From: a bacterium
GTDB taxonomy: Bacteria > Patescibacteriota > Minisyncoccia > JAHIHE01 > DAOWLE01
Direction of reading: 5' to 3'
NCBI GenBank assembly: GCA_030643545.1
Contig: DAOWLE010000005.1
Span: 1 to 62,430 of the forward strand
Length of the DNA: 62,430 nt
The notes under the pieces were generated by a model, which made no database searches, was not told the origin of the DNA, and worked only from the letters and a program-made list of their open reading frames with translations. Position numbers and translations under genes: made by a program. Below are positions 9,951-20,586 of the stretch, piece by piece (positions within the stretch are counted from its first letter, which is position 1; each line of letters opens with the position of its first letter).

Positions 9951-10021
9951 TGGACCTAATGAGAATCGAACTCATATTTCCGCAATGCGAATGCGGTATT
10001 TTACCATTAAATTATAGGCCC
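9951..10021 (-). tRNA. tRNA-Ala(CGC)
   Basis: Reverse complement forms a cloverleaf GGGCCTA..TAGGTCCA with the G3:U70 Ala determinant; anticodon arm CCGCA-TTCGCAT-TGCGG; CCA not encoded. Confidence 0.88.
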
Positions 10022-10080
10022 TTTTGAAAAACCAAAATTTAAAATTAATGCGATTTATGGTATAATGATATCAGAAAAAG

Positions 10081-10164
10081 GCCGAAATGGCGAAATTGGC
10101 AGACGCGCTAGCTTTAGGAGCTAGTCTCCTTTTGGAGGTGAGGGTTCGAGTCCCTCTTTCGGCA
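10081..10164 (+). tRNA. tRNA-Leu(TAG)
   Basis: GCCGAAA..TTTCGGCA acceptor stem, anticodon arm CTAGC-TTTAGGA-GCTAG, long variable arm, GGTTCGAGTCC. Confidence 0.95.
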
Positions 10165-10260
10165 CTAAATCGTTATTTTAATTATACTCAAAATTCCAAA
10201 AAAAACAAGAGGGATTCGCTCTCGCCACAAAAGCGAAAATGGGTTCCCTACAAAAAAATT

Positions 10261-11943
10261 ATGAAACATATTAAACCTTTGCTTTTAGTCATTCTTGATG
10301 GCTGGGGAATAAGCGCGAAAAAAAAAGGAAACGCGATCGCTCAGGCAAAAACTCCAACAATTGAAAAATTAAATCATTCTTATCCGCATTTTTATTTAAA
10401 AGCTTCGGGAATCGCTGTCGGGCTTCCATGGAAAGAACCGGGTAATTCAGAAGTCGGGCATTTGAATTTGGGCGCCGGAAAAATTATTTACCAAAATTTG
10501 CCAAGAATTGATTTGGCGATTAAAAATAAATCCTTTTTCAAAAACAAAGCTCTGCTCAGCGCGATGGATTTTGCCAAGAAAAATAATTCCTGCCTTCATT
10601 TAATGGGTTTGGTTAGTTCTGGCGGCGTGCACAGTGACATTGAGCATCTTTACGCTCTTTTGAAAATGGCAAAAGAAAATAAAGTTAAAAATTTATTCAT
10701 TCATATTTTTACTGACGGAAGAGATACTTCGCCAAAAGGCGGAATTAATTTTATTAAAGATTTGGAGAAAAAAATAAATAACTTCGGCGTTGGAAAAATT
10801 GCAACTGTCGTCGGCCGTTATTGGGCAATGGACAGAAATAAAAATTGGGACAGGACAGAAAAAACATATCGATGCTTGACTGAAGGAATCGGCAAAAAAT
10901 ATAACGATCCGATTAAAGCGATTGAAGAATCGTACAAAAAAAATATCACTGATGAATTTATTGAACCGATTGTGATTACTGGCAATAATGACAATCCAGT
11001 TGGAAAAATTCAGAATAATGATGCGGTTATATTTTTTAATTTTCGCAATGATCGCGCCCGGCAATTAACCCAAGCGTTTGTCTTGGAAAATTTTAAAGGT
11101 TTTAAGCGAAATAAATTTTTAAAAAATCTATGTTTCACTACAATGACGGAATACAAAAAAAACTTGCCGGTTCAGGTCGCTCTTTCTCCGCAAAAAATAG
11201 ATTGCCCTCTTGCCTGTGTTTTGAGCAAAGAAAATAAAAAACAGCTTCATATCGCTGAAACTGAAAAATACGCCCATGTCACTTATTTTTTCAACGGCGG
11301 ACGCGAAAATCCTTTTGATGGCGAAGATCGCATTCTTATTCCTTCACCGTCTGTTTCAAATTACGAGGAAACACCTGGAATGAGCGCTCACGAAATAACC
11401 GAGAAGTTAATTGAAGAAATTAAAAAAGATAAATATGATTTTATTATCGTTAATTACGCCAACCCAGATATGATCGGACATACTGGAAATTTTAAAGCGG
11501 CCATCCAAGCGGTTGAAATTGTTGACCGATGCCTTGGACGATTAGTTGATACGGTTTTGGAAAATAACGGCGGACTGATTATCACCGCTGACCACGGAAA
11601 CGCGGAAGAAATGATTAATCCGCAGACCGGTGAAATTATGACCGAGCACACGAAAAATCCAGTTCCGATTTGGTATGTAAATAATGAGAATTCTCCAAGA
11701 GTTCAACTCTTGGAGCTCCAAGAGTTGAACTCTCGTAATTCTGAAAAAACTTCTAAAATTCCAATTATTGGAATTTTATCTGATATTGCGCCGACAATTT
11801 TAGAAATAATGAAAATAAAAAAACCAGCTGAAATGACCGGAAAAAGTTTGCTTAAAAATTTCAGAAAAAAAGAAAAAAAAGTTTTGCCGGACTCGGCAAA
11901 AAATAACAAACCCAAATCTATTTTATACCGCAAAATTTTCTAA
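10261..11943 (+). CDS. gpmI: 2,3-bisphosphoglycerate-independent phosphoglycerate mutase
   Basis: ILDGWG, GNSEVGH, TDGRD, NFRNDRARQ, AETEKYAHVT, ADHGNAE; start moved to ATG 10261, downstream of tRNA-Leu. Confidence 0.96.
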   Translation: MKHIKPLLLVILDGWGISAKKKGNAIAQAKTPTIEKLNHSYPHFYLKASGIAVGLPWKEPGNSEVGHLNLGAGKIIYQNLPRIDLAIKNKSFFKNKALLSAMDFAKKNNSCLHLMGLVSSGGVHSDIEHLYALLKMAKENKVKNLFIHIFTDGRDTSPKGGINFIKDLEKKINNFGVGKIATVVGRYWAMDRNKNWDRTEKTYRCLTEGIGKKYNDPIKAIEESYKKNITDEFIEPIVITGNNDNPVGKIQNNDAVIFFNFRNDRARQLTQAFVLENFKGFKRNKFLKNLCFTTMTEYKKNLPVQVALSPQKIDCPLACVLSKENKKQLHIAETEKYAHVTYFFNGGRENPFDGEDRILIPSPSVSNYEETPGMSAHEITEKLIEEIKKDKYDFIIVNYANPDMIGHTGNFKAAIQAVEIVDRCLGRLVDTVLENNGGLIITADHGNAEEMINPQTGEIMTEHTKNPVPIWYVNNENSPRVQLLELQELNSRNSEKTSKIPIIGILSDIAPTILEIMKIKKPAEMTGKSLLKNFRKKEKKVLPDSAKNNKPKSILYRKIF

Positions 11944-12681
11944 TAATTTTATTTCTTCCCATATCTTTTGATGAATTGTTTCAGGCGGCAATAATCTTTC
12001 ATTTTCAAAACACTCAATCACTTTAAAATCTTTTGGAAATTCTTTCGCCGCCTCCAAATAAGAATTAAGAGCATCCTGTAAATGATTCAAATCTTTTTCA
12101 TGGATGTCTCTTTTTTTATTTCCTAAATACGCTTTTCTTTTTTTCTTTTTTTCTTTATCTGTTATTTTCGGAGATAATTTTCGCGATGATTCCGGGGAAG
12201 TTTTTAAAATAAAAGTTATATCTGGTTTTGGAATTTTAAAAATATCATACTCAAGATTATACAGCCATTTCAAATATTTTTTTCGTTCTCTTTTATTTTT
12301 AATCTTTCCGCCTTGATGTCCGATATTTGAAGCAATATATCTGTCTGAAACAACAATCTTTTTTTCGTTGAGCCATTTTTTTATTTTAAACGAAGCGTCA
12401 TATCTGTCGCAAGCGTAAAAAATTGAAGCTCTGTAAGGACCGATTTTTTCAGGAGTTCCGTATTTTCCATTTAAATATTCTTCCACAGGACCGGCGGATT
12501 TTGTTCCATATTGGGGAAAATCTATCGTCTTTGTATTAAATCCTTCTCTTTTCAAACGATGAATTAAAAGCTTTGTCTGGGTAGCTTTGCCTGAACCGTC
12601 AATTCCTTCAATAACAATAAACCCCGCACATAATTTTTTTATGTGCTGGGTGAATTTTCCTTTGTGTAAATTTTTATACAT
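11923..12681 (-). CDS. tmk: Thymidylate kinase
   Basis: IEGIDGSGKATQ P-loop, DRY motifs, RDIHE lid. Confidence 0.9.
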   Translation of the reverse strand: MYKNLHKGKFTQHIKKLCAGFIVIEGIDGSGKATQTKLLIHRLKREGFNTKTIDFPQYGTKSAGPVEEYLNGKYGTPEKIGPYRASIFYACDRYDASFKIKKWLNEKKIVVSDRYIASNIGHQGGKIKNKRERKKYLKWLYNLEYDIFKIPKPDITFILKTSPESSRKLSPKITDKEKKKKRKAYLGNKKRDIHEKDLNHLQDALNSYLEAAKEFPKDFKVIECFENERLLPPETIHQKIWEEIKLLENFAV

Positions 12682-12688
12682 AATAATT

Positions 12689-13909
12689 TTAAAAACAATA
12701 TTTCATTTTCTGAAATTTTCTTCTAAACCGAATAACTTTTTTTTCAACTTCCTTAACATCTTTTCCGTCTATTACAATTTCTTTCATAAACCCGGCGATA
12801 ATTTTCATTTCTTTTTCTTTCATTCCAAATCTGGTCATTTCCTGAACTCCAATCCGCAGGCCTTTTGGATTTTGTGGATCTATTTTATCTTCTGGAATAA
12901 TATTTTTATTTAAAATAATATTTGCGTTTTCTAATTTTGTAGCGATTAAATTTCCGCCGCCGAATTTTTCCACATTAAGCAAAACCTGATGGCTTTTGGT
13001 AAATCCTTTTTCTTTTTCCAAAACATCAAAACCGAATTTATCAAGCTGCTTGGCTAACGCTTGAGCGTTTTTTATAATCTGAGAAACATATTGCTTTCCG
13101 AATTTTTTCATTTCCATTAAGGCAAAATAAAGCGCCGGCAAACGATGCAGATGATGATTGGATAAAACTCCCGGAAAAACTTTTGCTTGAATTTTCTTTT
13201 GCAAATCTTTTTCAATATTTCCCAGAATTATTCCGCCTTGCGGGCCGGGAAAAGTTTTGTGAGTGGAAGAAGTAATAATGTCAACTCCTTCTTTCAAGGG
13301 ATTTTGAAAAAAACCGGCGGTGATTAAGCCAAAAACATGCGCCGCGTCATAAATAATTTTCGTGTTTGTTTTTTGGCAGATTTTTTTCAATTCTTTTATC
13401 GGCTGTGGAAATAAAATCACCGACCCGCCAAGAACAATAAATTTTGGTTTTATTTTCAAAATTTGCTTTTTTGATTTTTCTAAATCAATTGATGAATTTT
13501 TAAATTCAATATGAAAAACTTTTAATCCCAAAATTCCCGCGGCTCCCGGTTCTTCGTGGGAAACATGAGAACCGCCATCAATTCCCAAGGTTAAAATTTT
13601 ATCGCCTTTTTTTGTTAAGGCGGAAAAAACCGCCATATTTGCCAAAGTTCCAGAAATCGGGCGAAGATCAACAAAGTTCGCTTTAAAATGTTTTTTAAAA
13701 ACATCCTCTGTTAAACTTTCTATTTGGTCAATATATTTCAAACCCTGATAATATCTTTTAAAAGGCAGGCCTTCGGCATAGCGGTGCATCAAATCAGAAA
13801 CATAAAGTTTTTCGCAAAAATCAGACATTACATTTTCCGAAGCAATTAAATTTATACAATTTTTCCGCCAGTCATTATGTTTTTTTAACAAAGATAAAAT
13901 TTTTTGCAT
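12689..13909 (-). CDS. glyA: Serine hydroxymethyltransferase, archaeal-like
   Basis: NLIASEN, HRYAEG..RYYQG, YDAAH, SSTHKTFPGPQGG. Confidence 0.93.
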   Translation of the reverse strand: MQKILSLLKKHNDWRKNCINLIASENVMSDFCEKLYVSDLMHRYAEGLPFKRYYQGLKYIDQIESLTEDVFKKHFKANFVDLRPISGTLANMAVFSALTKKGDKILTLGIDGGSHVSHEEPGAAGILGLKVFHIEFKNSSIDLEKSKKQILKIKPKFIVLGGSVILFPQPIKELKKICQKTNTKIIYDAAHVFGLITAGFFQNPLKEGVDIITSSTHKTFPGPQGGIILGNIEKDLQKKIQAKVFPGVLSNHHLHRLPALYFALMEMKKFGKQYVSQIIKNAQALAKQLDKFGFDVLEKEKGFTKSHQVLLNVEKFGGGNLIATKLENANIILNKNIIPEDKIDPQNPKGLRIGVQEMTRFGMKEKEMKIIAGFMKEIVIDGKDVKEVEKKVIRFRRKFQKMKYCF

Positions 13910-13959
13910 AAAGTTTAAAACAATTAAAAATTTTTAATTAAAGTCCTTATTTTTATTTT

Positions 13960-14646
13960 TTAATCTTTTACAAGTTTAAAAACAACAAAGTGCGGATGAT
14001 TAATTTCAGAATTAGGAGTTTTTATATTTTCTTTCGGCGATTTTAATTCTAATAATTTTTCAATTTTCAGATTTGTATTTACAATTGAATTAACATAATC
14101 TTCAAAAATCCTATAATAATTAAATCTTCTATTTCCTTTCCATATTTCAAATTTTTTTCCTCTAACAAAATAATTCATTTTATTGTATTTAACCATTTTT
14201 CTAACAGGATGTGGAACAACAATTAAAACAAACCCTGTTTTTTTTAATATTCGATTGAATTCTTTTAAAACAGAATCAATATCTTTTTTATACATCACAG
14301 AAAGAATTGAAATAATAATATCAAATTGATTATTTTTAAAACTCGTTTTCTCAAAATCCATAACTAAAAATTTAGCATTCAGACCATTACAATTTTCATT
14401 TGATAGCTTAATACAATTCTCACTAATATCTATACCAGTAACTTTTGCCCCTTTTTTAATTGCTGAAATACATTCCTTGCCATCGCCACAACCAATAAAA
14501 AGAACTTTTTTATTTTTAACATCTCCGAGAAGAAAATCAAGCTTTTTTCTTAGACTTTGCATAACTTTATATTCTGTTTGCTTTTCAAAATATTTTCTAA
14601 ATTGAGCATTATATAATTTTTTTGCAAGTTGAGAATCTTTGTTCAT
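13960..14646 (-). CDS. Class I SAM-dependent methyltransferase
   Basis: VLFIGCGDG, VTGIDIS, FDIII. Confidence 0.85.
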   Translation of the reverse strand: MNKDSQLAKKLYNAQFRKYFEKQTEYKVMQSLRKKLDFLLGDVKNKKVLFIGCGDGKECISAIKKGAKVTGIDISENCIKLSNENCNGLNAKFLVMDFEKTSFKNNQFDIIISILSVMYKKDIDSVLKEFNRILKKTGFVLIVVPHPVRKMVKYNKMNYFVRGKKFEIWKGNRRFNYYRIFEDYVNSIVNTNLKIEKLLELKSPKENIKTPNSEINHPHFVVFKLVKD

Positions 14647-14703
14647 ATTATTAAAATAATTTTTTATTTTCCGCTAAGATTTAAATTAATTAAAATGAAA
14701 AAT

Positions 14704-15303
14704 TTATAATTTTGACAAATAATCTCGCCAGACAATCGGCGCCCAGCCGTTTGTATTTTTTAAATATTCAATTAATTTCTCCCGCTCAATTAAACTGCCT
14801 TCTATTTTATCTTTTTCTTTTACAAAAATTTCAGGATTGTTTCCTTTAAAATGATAAATCAATCCCAAATGAACCGCCTCAACCGGCCTTGATTCGTCGT
14901 TTAAAATTCCCACTAATTTTTTTTCAATAAGTTTCCCCTGATAATCAATTTCCTCATTCCATTCGCGTATTGTTCCGATTTCCAAAATATCTTCACCCTC
15001 TTTAAGATCAACTGAATTAATATGCCCGCCGATTCCCAATATCCAATCGTTTTTTAATCTTTGCTCTCCGGCTTTTTCCAAATAGCGGTAAAGAAAATAT
15101 TTATTTTCAAAACTGAAAACAATATAGGAAACAATTTGCTGCCAGGACGGATCGTCTTCAACTTCTCCGCGAGGCATAAACTGATAATTATTTCGAACCA
15201 AATCCAAAAGATAGTTTAAATTATTTTTTTTAAGCCCGTGCCAATGCTCATCCTGAAAAATAATATCTTTTTTTACAACTAAAACTTTTTCATTTGGATT
15301 CAT
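14704..15303 (-). CDS. NUDIX-like phosphoesterase
   Basis: EDDPSWQQ, GIGGHIN, REWNEE, VHLG. Confidence 0.75.
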   Translation of the reverse strand: MNPNEKVLVVKKDIIFQDEHWHGLKKNNLNYLLDLVRNNYQFMPRGEVEDDPSWQQIVSYIVFSFENKYFLYRYLEKAGEQRLKNDWILGIGGHINSVDLKEGEDILEIGTIREWNEEIDYQGKLIEKKLVGILNDESRPVEAVHLGLIYHFKGNNPEIFVKEKDKIEGSLIEREKLIEYLKNTNGWAPIVWRDYLSKL

Positions 15304-16541
15304 AAATTTTTTATTACAAAAGTTTCATAGGGCTCTTCTAATACTTCAAGCAATTCTTCCAAACTCTCTTTCCAATTTCCTCCTGCTTGAGAAAATGCTT
15401 TGCAGATATTATTTTTTGTCTTAAAAGTTTGCGGCTCTTTGCACTGTCCTTCTCTCCAGCATCTCGGGCCAATTTTTTTTATCAATTCTTTATATTTAGC
15501 TAATTCCCTTGTTATCGGAATTCCTACCGCGTTTCTTATTTCCCACTGAGCAACACCTTCGCTTCTCGCTTTAGACATTTCAATAATTTGAAAACCTTTT
15601 CCATAAATCATTGATTTCGCTCTTTGGCCCAATAAAAGAAAATAAGCAAAATTTGGATCTTGTCTTTTTATAAATTCTATTTGTTTTTTACAAGCCAAAT
15701 CAGCTATCTTTTTATAATCTTTTTTTATCTCTTCCGGAAAAGAAGGAGGAATAACAAATATTCCGCTTTTAGCAATTTCTTCTAATGGTTCTATGTCGCA
15801 AAGAATTTGCCTCTGCCTAACTAATTGGCCATACATAGCCAAACTGCCTTTTACCGCCATATCCATAGAAAGAGAATGATTTTTTTCTCTATAATCGAGA
15901 AAAATTTCATCCTTAATTTTTTCTTTTCCCCAAAATTTCCATTTTGAAGGCAATTCTTCATAAGGCAGATCTAATTTAAATTTTTCATTAATCAGTGTTT
16001 CAATTTTTTCACCGATTTCTTTTAATTCCGGTAACGGAGTATTCTTTAAAGAACTTGCCAATTTTCCTAAATGCCGAGGCGGAGCTGAAAATATCATTCT
16101 TGTTAATGTTCCTTCTGGCAAAATGTATCTTGCGTCTTGCGCTGGCACGCCAGAATTAACAGCTTTTTCGTATATTTCAAACGCCGCTTTTCCTAAATCG
16201 CCGGCTGCTTCATTATATCTATTCGGTTTTATCACTCTGAATGACGCTTCAATGCCGGCGCCAAACACTAAATTATTAGCGTTCACATTTCGCCAAAAAT
16301 AAACCGCGGACAGACGCGACATATCTTCTAAAATTATAGCGCAGGAAAGAAAATCACCAAGAATTAAATGCTCGTTTTTTTTCATAATCATATTAACCAA
16401 TTCTCTGGATTTTTTCTTATCCGCTTTGCATTCTTCGTAGATATCTTTTATGTTTCCGTTTTCAAACGGCGCCTGTGAAATTTTTACTCCCACTGCCGCA
16501 AGAATAGCCGGTTCGTCTTCTATGAAATTAACTTTTACCAT
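15300..16541 (-). CDS. Divergent two-domain ThyX-like flavin-dependent thymidylate synthase
   Basis: EASFRV, PAQDARYILP, QLVRQRQ, AQWEIR; first gene of a run that includes glyA and tmk. Confidence 0.7.
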   Translation of the reverse strand: MVKVNFIEDEPAILAAVGVKISQAPFENGNIKDIYEECKADKKKSRELVNMIMKKNEHLILGDFLSCAIILEDMSRLSAVYFWRNVNANNLVFGAGIEASFRVIKPNRYNEAAGDLGKAAFEIYEKAVNSGVPAQDARYILPEGTLTRMIFSAPPRHLGKLASSLKNTPLPELKEIGEKIETLINEKFKLDLPYEELPSKWKFWGKEKIKDEIFLDYREKNHSLSMDMAVKGSLAMYGQLVRQRQILCDIEPLEEIAKSGIFVIPPSFPEEIKKDYKKIADLACKKQIEFIKRQDPNFAYFLLLGQRAKSMIYGKGFQIIEMSKARSEGVAQWEIRNAVGIPITRELAKYKELIKKIGPRCWREGQCKEPQTFKTKNNICKAFSQAGGNWKESLEELLEVLEEPYETFVIKNL

Positions 16542-16697
16542 CTTTATATTTTTTGAATAATTAATAATGCCTGATTTTATGTTACCATATTTTTTAAAAT
16601 AAAAAAAGAGCTTCTATGTTTTAGCATAGAAATTGACTTTTTGGCTTAAAAAAGATAATCTTAATTTAGAGATCATTAGTTTTATATCTAAAATTTT

Positions 16698-18152
16698 ATG
16701 GTTATTCCCCACTCTTTTTTAAAAATATTAGCTTTAATTATTTTAACCGCTGTTTGCGGCGCTGCCATTGTCATTTCTTGGCAATTTTTTTTAATCGCTT
16801 TTTTAGCGCTGATATTTCTGATAATAATTTTATTTTGGCCGGAAAAAGCTTTTTATTTTCTAATTTTTTACATTCCTTTTCAAATCGCCTTAAACCCGAT
16901 TGAAGGAATTGATTTAGCTTCAATCAGAATTTTAATTATTTTATTATTTTTCGCCTGGCTTTTATTTTCTTTGTCTCAAAAAAAAATTTTTATCCCTAAT
17001 ACAACTCAAACTTGGCTTATCTCAATTTTTCTTTTTATAGTTTTTTTGTCGTTTTGCTGGGCGCCGGAACAAGAAAGGGCTTTAAGAAAAACTTTGTTTT
17101 TATTTAACATTATTCCTCTATATTTTATCAGCGCTTCAATGATAAAAAGTAAAATTCAAATAAATAAAATTATTTCTATTTCTATTTTTGCCGCTTTATT
17201 TACCGGAATTATCGGACTGATTCAATTTGGTTCCCAATTTATTATTGGACAGGAAAAAATAGCGAATTTTTGGGCGGAAATAATTTCCCCGATTTTTTAC
17301 GGAAAAAGTTTCGGCGCTCAAATAATTTCTTTGCCAAGCTGGTTTGTCAATATTGGCGGTGAAACATACTTGCGAGCTTTTGGATTTTTTCCAGACCCGC
17401 ATATGTTTTCATTTTATTTAGGATTAATTATTCCATTGGTTTTGTGTTTTTTGATTTTTAACAGAAGAAATAAAAAAAGAATTTTTCTCTTTACAATCTT
17501 AACCATTCTAATCTCATCCGTTTTCCTCTCTTTTTCCCGCGGCGGTTATTTGGGAATGTTTGTTGGATTATTCAGCGTGATAATTTTGTCATGGAAATTT
17601 TTAATTCCAAAAATGAAAATAATTATTTTTTTAATAATTCTTGCCGGGATTGTTTCAGTTTTTATTCCCCAAAATCCAATTGCCAGCAGAATTAATTCAA
17701 TCATAAATTTAGAAGAGGGTTCAAATGTTGGCCGCTTGATTATTTGGCAGCAAGCCGCAGATGTTTTTCAAGAACATCCGATTTCCGGCGTTGGCATCGG
17801 CAATTATTCTTTTTATTTATTTCCCGAGGAAAAATACAGAACTCCGATTTACGCGCACAATACTTATCTGGATATCGCTTCTGAAATGGGAATTTTCGCT
17901 TTGATTGCCTGGATTGGAATTTTTCTTTCGTGCTTCTGGCAATTATTTAAAATAATTAAAAAAACCGCGGATAAAAATCTACGGATTATCTCAATCGGCT
18001 TATTCGGAGGATTAATTTGGTTTTCCGTCCATTGTTTTTTTGAAACCCCGATTTATTCCCCACAAGTTCTGGCAATGCTGATGATTATTTTCGGAATGGT
18101 TGTCGGTGTTAGAAAAAATTATAAAGAAGAGAAATTAGATTTAATAAATTAA
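16698..18152 (+). CDS. O-antigen ligase family membrane protein
   Basis: Many TM segments; RAFGFFPDPH, SFSRGG, GVGIGNY, AHNTYL. Confidence 0.88.
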   Translation: MVIPHSFLKILALIILTAVCGAAIVISWQFFLIAFLALIFLIIILFWPEKAFYFLIFYIPFQIALNPIEGIDLASIRILIILLFFAWLLFSLSQKKIFIPNTTQTWLISIFLFIVFLSFCWAPEQERALRKTLFLFNIIPLYFISASMIKSKIQINKIISISIFAALFTGIIGLIQFGSQFIIGQEKIANFWAEIISPIFYGKSFGAQIISLPSWFVNIGGETYLRAFGFFPDPHMFSFYLGLIIPLVLCFLIFNRRNKKRIFLFTILTILISSVFLSFSRGGYLGMFVGLFSVIILSWKFLIPKMKIIIFLIILAGIVSVFIPQNPIASRINSIINLEEGSNVGRLIIWQQAADVFQEHPISGVGIGNYSFYLFPEEKYRTPIYAHNTYLDIASEMGIFALIAWIGIFLSCFWQLFKIIKKTADKNLRIISIGLFGGLIWFSVHCFFETPIYSPQVLAMLMIIFGMVVGVRKNYKEEKLDLIN

Positions 18153-18243
18153 AAATATACAAGTTGACAATATAATTATAAAATGCCATTATTTTAATGT
18201 AGAACCATAATTTTTCATTTTGATTTTTAAATTTTTAATTTTT

Positions 18244-18963
18244 ATGAGCGGTCATTCAAAATGGAGCAAAGTTAAACATCAGAAAGCGGTTACTGATGTT
18301 CAAAAAGGAAAAATCTTTTCTAAGATGGCAAAAATAATTACTGTAAACGCAAGAGACGGAGGAGATCCAGAAACAAATTCCGGATTGCGAATAGCAATTG
18401 AAAAAGCGCGGTCAGTGAATATGCCCAGAGATAATATTGAGCGGGCGATTAAAAAAGGAACCGGCGAATTAAGCGGAGAAAAAATTGAGGAAATTTTTTA
18501 CGAGGCCTACGGACCGAGCGGAATTGCTTTGATTATTAAAACGATTACCGACAACAAAAACCGGACTATTTCTGAAATTAAAAATATTTTAGGAAAACAT
18601 TCGGGCCGTCTTGGAGAGACCGGAAGCGTTAAATGGATGTTTGAAGAACGCGGTATTTTAGAATTGAAAATTTCCGAAAAAGATAATTTAGATGATTTAG
18701 AAATGGAAATTATTGACGCCGGCGCTGAAGATATTAAAAAACGGGACAGTATTTTAGAAGTTCAGACAAAGCCGACAGAATTAAATAATGTCAAAAATAA
18801 TTTAGAAACAAAAGGAATAAAGGTTGATTCATTCAGTTTGGAATGGGCGCCGAAAAATCCGGTTGAAGTAAAAGACGAAAAAAGCAAAGCGCAAATTGAA
18901 AAACTTTTTGAAGCGTTGGATGAACAAGACGATATTCAGGAAATTTATTCTAATATGTCGTAG
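18244..18963 (+). CDS. yebC: YebC/PmpR family protein
   Basis: MSGHSKWSKVKHQK start at 18244, YEAYGP, TDNKNRT. Confidence 0.95.
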   Translation: MSGHSKWSKVKHQKAVTDVQKGKIFSKMAKIITVNARDGGDPETNSGLRIAIEKARSVNMPRDNIERAIKKGTGELSGEKIEEIFYEAYGPSGIALIIKTITDNKNRTISEIKNILGKHSGRLGETGSVKWMFEERGILELKISEKDNLDDLEMEIIDAGAEDIKKRDSILEVQTKPTELNNVKNNLETKGIKVDSFSLEWAPKNPVEVKDEKSKAQIEKLFEALDEQDDIQEIYSNMS

Positions 18964-19008
18964 GCATCCAATGCCTCTGGTAAAATTTATAATTTATAAA
19001 AAAATATT

Positions 19009-20058
19009 ATGTTATTAAACAAAAATCAAAAAATCAAACAAAAAGATGAATTGGAAAATGAAACGGCTGTTTCAGAACTTCGTCGGGATTTAGTTTCCGG
19101 AACTTGGGTAGTTATCGCCACTGGCCGGGCTAAAAGACCTGATGATTTTAAAAAAGAAAAGAGGGAGAAAATCAAAGAAAGTCCGCGAAAATGCCCCTTT
19201 TGTAATTTAGCTTCACCCGAAGAAATCGGTGATACTTTAATTTATAAAAAATCAAATGGCGACTGGAGTTTAAGAGTTATTCCAAATAAATTCCCCGCTT
19301 TTGTCCATTCTGACGATTTGAACGAAAGAGAAGAAGGCCCGTATAATTTAATGGACGGAATCGGTTTTCACGAAGTTATTATTACCCGCGATCATTATCG
19401 CCAGATAGCACAATTTAATATTCAGGAAACAGCTGAAATTATTGACGCTTATCAGGAAAGATATCTTGCTCTGATGAATAAAAAATTTATTAATTATATT
19501 TCTATTTTCCACAATCATGGAAAAGAATCAGGCGCTTCTGTTGTCCATCCGCATTCGCAGTTAATCGCTATGCCAGTGATTGATCCGGACATTGCCAGAA
19601 GTTTGCTCGGTTCGGCGAATTATTATCAGTCAAACCGCCAGTGCGTCCATTGTGAAATGATTGGTTGGGAAATGGAAGAAAAAAAACGAATTATTTTTGA
19701 AAATAAAGATTTTGTTGTTTTTTGCCCGTTTGTTCCGCGATGCGCTTTTGAAACAAGAATTTATCCAAAAAAACATAAGTCCTATTTTGAAAGAATTAAC
19801 AATGAAGAAAAAATGAATCTTGCCGAAGCTTTGCAGATTGCTTTAGCAAAAATTTACAATGGCTTAAATGATCCGTCTTACAACTTTTTTATTCATACAG
19901 CTCCATGCGACGGGCAATCTTACGGCCATTATCACTGGCACTTGGAAATTCTGCCAAAAACTTCAATCTGGGCCGGTTTTGAATTAGGCACTGGAATTGA
20001 AATTTCAACTATCAGGCCAGAAGACGCGGCGGAATATTTAAGAAGCGTAAAAATTTAG
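19009..20058 (+). CDS. galT: Galactose-1-phosphate uridylyltransferase
   Basis: RAKRP, CPFC, NKFPA, GASVVHPHSQ, AGFELGTG. Confidence 0.9.
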   Translation: MLLNKNQKIKQKDELENETAVSELRRDLVSGTWVVIATGRAKRPDDFKKEKREKIKESPRKCPFCNLASPEEIGDTLIYKKSNGDWSLRVIPNKFPAFVHSDDLNEREEGPYNLMDGIGFHEVIITRDHYRQIAQFNIQETAEIIDAYQERYLALMNKKFINYISIFHNHGKESGASVVHPHSQLIAMPVIDPDIARSLLGSANYYQSNRQCVHCEMIGWEMEEKKRIIFENKDFVVFCPFVPRCAFETRIYPKKHKSYFERINNEEKMNLAEALQIALAKIYNGLNDPSYNFFIHTAPCDGQSYGHYHWHLEILPKTSIWAGFELGTGIEISTIRPEDAAEYLRSVKI

Positions 20059-20067
20059 AAAAATAAA

Positions 20068-20550
20068 ATGGATATTTCAAATTTTCAAAATTTTCCTCCG
20101 GAATTGGCAACTTTTTTAATTGCCGCTTCGCCAATTGTTGAATTAAGAGGAGCTATTCCGTTTGCTTTAACTATCTTTGAACTTTCTCCAACTACTGCTT
20201 ATTTTGTGGCTGTTTTAGGAAATATTTTTTCAATGCTTTTAGCGTTAATTTTATTAGAGCCGCTGTCAAAATTTTTAATGAAACATTTTAAATTTTTTGA
20301 TGTTTTTTTTACAAATCTTTTTGAAAAAACAAGAAAAAAACACAATTATCGTTTTGAAAAATGGGGAGCGTTAGCTTTGATAAGTTTTGTAGCGATTCCT
20401 TTGCCTTTTACCGGCGGCTGGACTGGCGCGGTAGCCGCTTTCGTTTTCGGCGTTCCATTCCGTAGAGCGGCGATTTTAATCAGCTTTGGAATAATGATCG
20501 CCGGACTTTTAGTTACCGGAATAAGTTTGGGAGCGATTAACGCAGTTTGA
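20068..20550 (+). CDS. Small multidrug export family (COG2426-like) membrane protein
   Basis: PIVELRGAIP and FVAIPLPFTGGWTG. Confidence 0.85.
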   Translation: MDISNFQNFPPELATFLIAASPIVELRGAIPFALTIFELSPTTAYFVAVLGNIFSMLLALILLEPLSKFLMKHFKFFDVFFTNLFEKTRKKHNYRFEKWGALALISFVAIPLPFTGGWTGAVAAFVFGVPFRRAAILISFGIMIAGLLVTGISLGAINAV

Positions 20551-20586
20551 AAAAAATAAAACTATAACTCAAAAATAAAAACAATA

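Noticed and set aside
10087..10260. N-terminal extension of gpmI in the ORF track
   Set aside because: It overlaps tRNA-Leu(TAG); GpmI homology begins at ATG 10261
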